Position numbers and translations under genes: made by a program. A model generated the notes under the pieces. The model was given only the letters and a program-made list of their open reading frames with translations, was not told the DNA's origin and ran no database searches. 64,000 bases of DNA from an uncultured Eubacteriales bacterium (GTDB lineage Bacteria; Acidobacteriota; Aminicenantia; Aminicenantales; UBA4085). Positions 61,788-64,000 of the stretch are shown piece by piece (within the stretch, counting starts at the first letter, position 1; each line of letters begins with the position of its first letter). The DNA lies in NCBI GenBank assembly GCA_964557435.1, contig CAZLAM010000018.1, positions 23,021-87,020 on the forward strand, in the 5' to 3' direction.

Positions 61788-63152
61788 TCAGCGCCCGCCC
61801 GGCTTCTTCATCAGGGCTTCGATGTCCTTGACCGTGCGCGGAAGCCCCGGGGTCAGGTTTTCGCATCCGGTCTCGGTGATCAGGATGGTGTCCTCGATGC
61901 GGACGCCGATTTTCTCTCCGGCGGACACGAAGGCCGGCTCGTTGGCGATGACCATGCCGGGCTGGAGGACATCCAGGCGCCCTCCGACATCGTGGACGGC
62001 CATTCCGACATAGTGGCCGAACCCGCCTCTCAGCCTCTGGAAATAATTCTTGGTCAGGTCAAAGCCCTGCTTTTTGAGGATGTCCGCGACCTCCTTCTGG
62101 CATTGGTCCAAGGTCAGGCCCGGCCGGTAGACCTTCATGTTGGCCTCGTGGACGGCATTGACCGCCTCATAAATCTCTTTCTGGCGCGGGGTAAACTTCC
62201 CGTTGGCGGGGAAGGCGACGGTGATGTCGATATTGTAATAATCGAGCCGGGGCCCGGCGTCGATGACGAGGATGTCCCCGTCCTGGAGGATGCGGTCGTA
62301 TTTATGGGCGTGGCCGTTGGGATGGTTTTCGCCGGAGGCGACAATGACGTAATAGGCCAGTTCCTGGCAGCCCTCTTTCCGGCACAGATAATCGTAGAGC
62401 GCTGCCAGCTCATATTCAGGGAGGCCCGGGCGGGCCGCCTTCATCAGGCCGATATGGGCCTGCACGGCGATGAGCCCGGCCTTTCTCAGCAGAGCGATCT
62501 CGGCCGGGGACTTGATCGTCCGCAGATCCCAGATGAGACCCGAAGCGTCGCGGATTTCGACCTGGGGAAAGCGTTTCTTCAACAGGCTCACGGCCTGCAG
62601 CTCGCGCGTCAGTCGGCCGTCCCAGAGATTGAAAACCATGCTCGTCTGCAGCGTCCGGAGCTTTTCCAGGCTGCATTCCCGGGGCAGTTCCTCGGGCTGG
62701 AACGGTGTATAGAGGGCTTTCGCCCGGGAGGCCAGGCCGGCCAGCATGGCGTCCAATCTTTCGATGGGCAGGACCTGTTCGATGCCGGTCGCTTCTTTGG
62801 CATTCTTGACCAGGTCGAGGCCGATCCCCTCATTGAAAGCCGCGATCTCGGTGATGGTGAAGAAGAGCGTGCTCGTTTTCCGGATCCCGTCGATGATGAG
62901 GACGGCGTTGGGGATTTCGACGCCGCAGAGATAATGAAAATCGCTGTTTTGGAAAAACGGGGTGTAGCCGGTGGGCATCTGGGCGCCGAAGATGACGGCC
63001 GCGCCGTCCGGGATCTTGTCCATGAGCTTCTGCCGGCGGGCGGCGAATTCGGATTTGTCGAAGACCAGGGCCGCCGAGAGAAACGAGGCGGACACCAGGA
63101 TCGCCGTCATCAACGCGATCGTCTTGAGGAGGATTCCGGAAGCTTTTCTCAC
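61788..63152 (-). CDS. Secreted M24B Xaa-Pro aminopeptidase-like metallopeptidase (paralogue of 30802-32199)
   Basis: GTG start with GAAGGAGAA RBS and a signal peptide. LVIDAGPRLDYYNIDITVAF, HYVGMAVHD, VIANEPAF, VRIEDT. Collinear with the 30802-32199 protein. Confidence 0.85.
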   Translation of the reverse strand: MRKASGILLKTIALMTAILVSASFLSAALVFDKSEFAARRQKLMDKIPDGAAVIFGAQMPTGYTPFFQNSDFHYLCGVEIPNAVLIIDGIRKTSTLFFTITEIAAFNEGIGLDLVKNAKEATGIEQVLPIERLDAMLAGLASRAKALYTPFQPEELPRECSLEKLRTLQTSMVFNLWDGRLTRELQAVSLLKKRFPQVEIRDASGLIWDLRTIKSPAEIALLRKAGLIAVQAHIGLMKAARPGLPEYELAALYDYLCRKEGCQELAYYVIVASGENHPNGHAHKYDRILQDGDILVIDAGPRLDYYNIDITVAFPANGKFTPRQKEIYEAVNAVHEANMKVYRPGLTLDQCQKEVADILKKQGFDLTKNYFQRLRGGFGHYVGMAVHDVGGRLDVLQPGMVIANEPAFVSAGEKIGVRIEDTILITETGCENLTPGLPRTVKDIEALMKKPGGR

Positions 63153-63287
63153 GATGTTCTCCTTCAGTCTCGAATTTAGCGGGAAAACGCCAAGCCGGCA
63201 TTTCCCTCGCGGGCTCCGATCAGGCCCGTCACGGGGCCGTCGTTCGGAAAAGTCATCATACTACGGTCATCCGGAAATCGCCATCAA

Positions 63288-63339
63288 CCCATTCGAATCC
63301 CCGGAGTATTATCAGGATTATTACTGAGCGGCGCTTTTT
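63288..63339 (+). repeat. Composite repeat: R1 arm (CCCATTCGAATCCCCGG) + R2 (ATCAGGATTATTACTGAGCGGCGCTTTTT)
   Basis: The R1 arm matches 4923-4940 at 15/18. R2 matches the reverse complement of 43975-44002 at 26/28. The same R1-then-R2 order (R2 distal to the R1 arm) occurs in inverted orientation at 43975-44130 with ~95 nt between the parts. Confidence 0.7.
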
Positions 63340-63391
63340 ACGGCGGCTAAGGGGTTGTAAAAAGTAGTTTATCAGTTCCGCGTTCATGGGG

Positions 63392-63507
63392 AGCCCTTCG
63401 ACCGTTCGACAAGCCTGTCCTGAGCGAAGTCGAAGGGCTCACGGCTCAGGGCGAACGGCTTTTGTAATGCAGCCCAAATGTTATATGTTAAGACCTGACC
63501 CCCAACA
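63392..63507. mobile_element. 116-bp MITE-like/REP-like cassette flanked by a 13/14-nt direct repeat
   Basis: Flanks are CCGCGTTCATGGGG (63378-63391) and CCGCGTTCATCGGG (63508-63521). Internally there is a 12-bp inverted repeat GAGCCCTTCGAC/GTCGAAGGGCTC (63391-63402/63429-63440), the pair CCTGAGC/GCTCAGG, and the R3 module at the right end. Confidence 0.5.
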
Positions 63508-63513
63508 CCGCGT

Positions 63514-64000
63514 TCATCGGGCGCCCGTCTCCCCCCAGATCCGGCGCTTCTCCCGTTCGTCGACGGCCATCTCCCCGGCCAGCTTTTTCTGAAGCGCGGT
63601 CAGAATTTCCGGATGCCGCCCGGCCAAGTTGTCCGCCTCCAAGGGATCGGCAGTGATGTTGAACAATTGATCGGAGCGGTCTTGGCCGGGCATCAATCCC
63701 CGGGCCCACTCGGAGCTTCCCAGAGTGACGAGCTTCCAGTCTCCCTCACGGAGGGCGTTCATCCCGTCTTCATACCGGGTATAGATGGTACGAACCCTGG
63801 AGCTCATGGCCTCTCCCATCAGAAGAGGCCGGATGTCGAGGCCGTCCCAGTGCGGGTCCTCCTGCGGGGCGCACCCGGCGAGGCTCATCAGCGTCGGCAT
63901 CCAATCGACCGCCGCCGTGGGAGCCGTTACTTTCCGCGGGGACAATCGGCCCTTCCAATAAACGAAGGCCGGGACTCGAATGCCGCCTTCGTAGGTCGTC
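63514..64000 (-). CDS. Sulfatase, C-terminal part (5' end outside window)
   Basis: The frame is open to the window edge. It reads TTYEGGIRVPAFVYWKGRL...VDWMPTLMSLAG, typical of S1 sulfatases. The ORF-track 'M' at 63945 is an internal TTG. Confidence 0.85.
   Translation of the reverse strand, partial: TTYEGGIRVPAFVYWKGRLSPRKVTAPTAAVDWMPTLMSLAGCAPQEDPHWDGLDIRPLLMGEAMSSRVRTIYTRYEDGMNALREGDWKLVTLGSSEWARGLMPGQDRSDQLFNITADPLEADNLAGRHPEILTALQKKLAGEMAVDEREKRRIWGETGAR

Noticed and set aside
1-64000. Search by eye for tRNA, rRNA, tmRNA, CRISPR arrays, integrase or transposase genes and known riboswitch cores.
   Set aside because: No cloverleaf-like or rRNA-like segments were seen. No regular repeat-spacer arrays and no ORF with integrase or transposase hallmarks were found. 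Intergenic regions are short except those described. A covariance-model scan would be needed to exclude small structured RNAs.

Overview
High-G+C bacterial chromosomal segment, densely coding (about 40 CDS). I saw no rRNA, tRNA or CRISPR array by eye. A GWxTD lipoprotein and many TPR proteins are compatible with an Acidobacteriota/Aminicenantes-like genome, but I cannot verify that.

The window is dominated by signal-peptide-bearing glycan- and peptide-degrading enzymes:
- Glycosidases: three GH95-family paralogues, GH29, GH127, GH78, GH2, two parallel beta-helix proteins, and LamG/discoidin/CBM9-like modules.
- Sulfatase fold: four proteins. Two have Tat signals plus a formylglycine (FGly) motif, one lacks the motif, and one is partial.
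- Exopeptidases, mostly proline-directed: S9B DPP-IV, three M24, two M1-HEAT, one M14 and a secreted amidohydrolase.

Peptidase and glycosidase genes are interleaved in tight co-directional runs, some with ATGA/TGATG overlaps. A sugar ABC importer and two alcohol dehydrogenases share a run with a sulfatase, a GH78 and a second sulfatase. I recognised no regulator, TonB-dependent transporter or sulfatase maturase.

Accessory and unusual content:
- an AT-rich ~1-kb AbiEii-like toxin-antitoxin cassette;
- a family of REP-like hairpins;
- a 42-nt module repeated at two gene 3' ends, one copy inside a 116-bp cassette flanked by a 13/14-nt direct repeat that contains a stop codon;
- an internally deleted GH29 relic;
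- a relic of a Tat-leader gene start;
- a GH78 ORF that reads through repeat DNA;
- one compositionally atypical 744-aa gene.

The long antisense ORFs in the track are treated as high-GC shadow ORFs.
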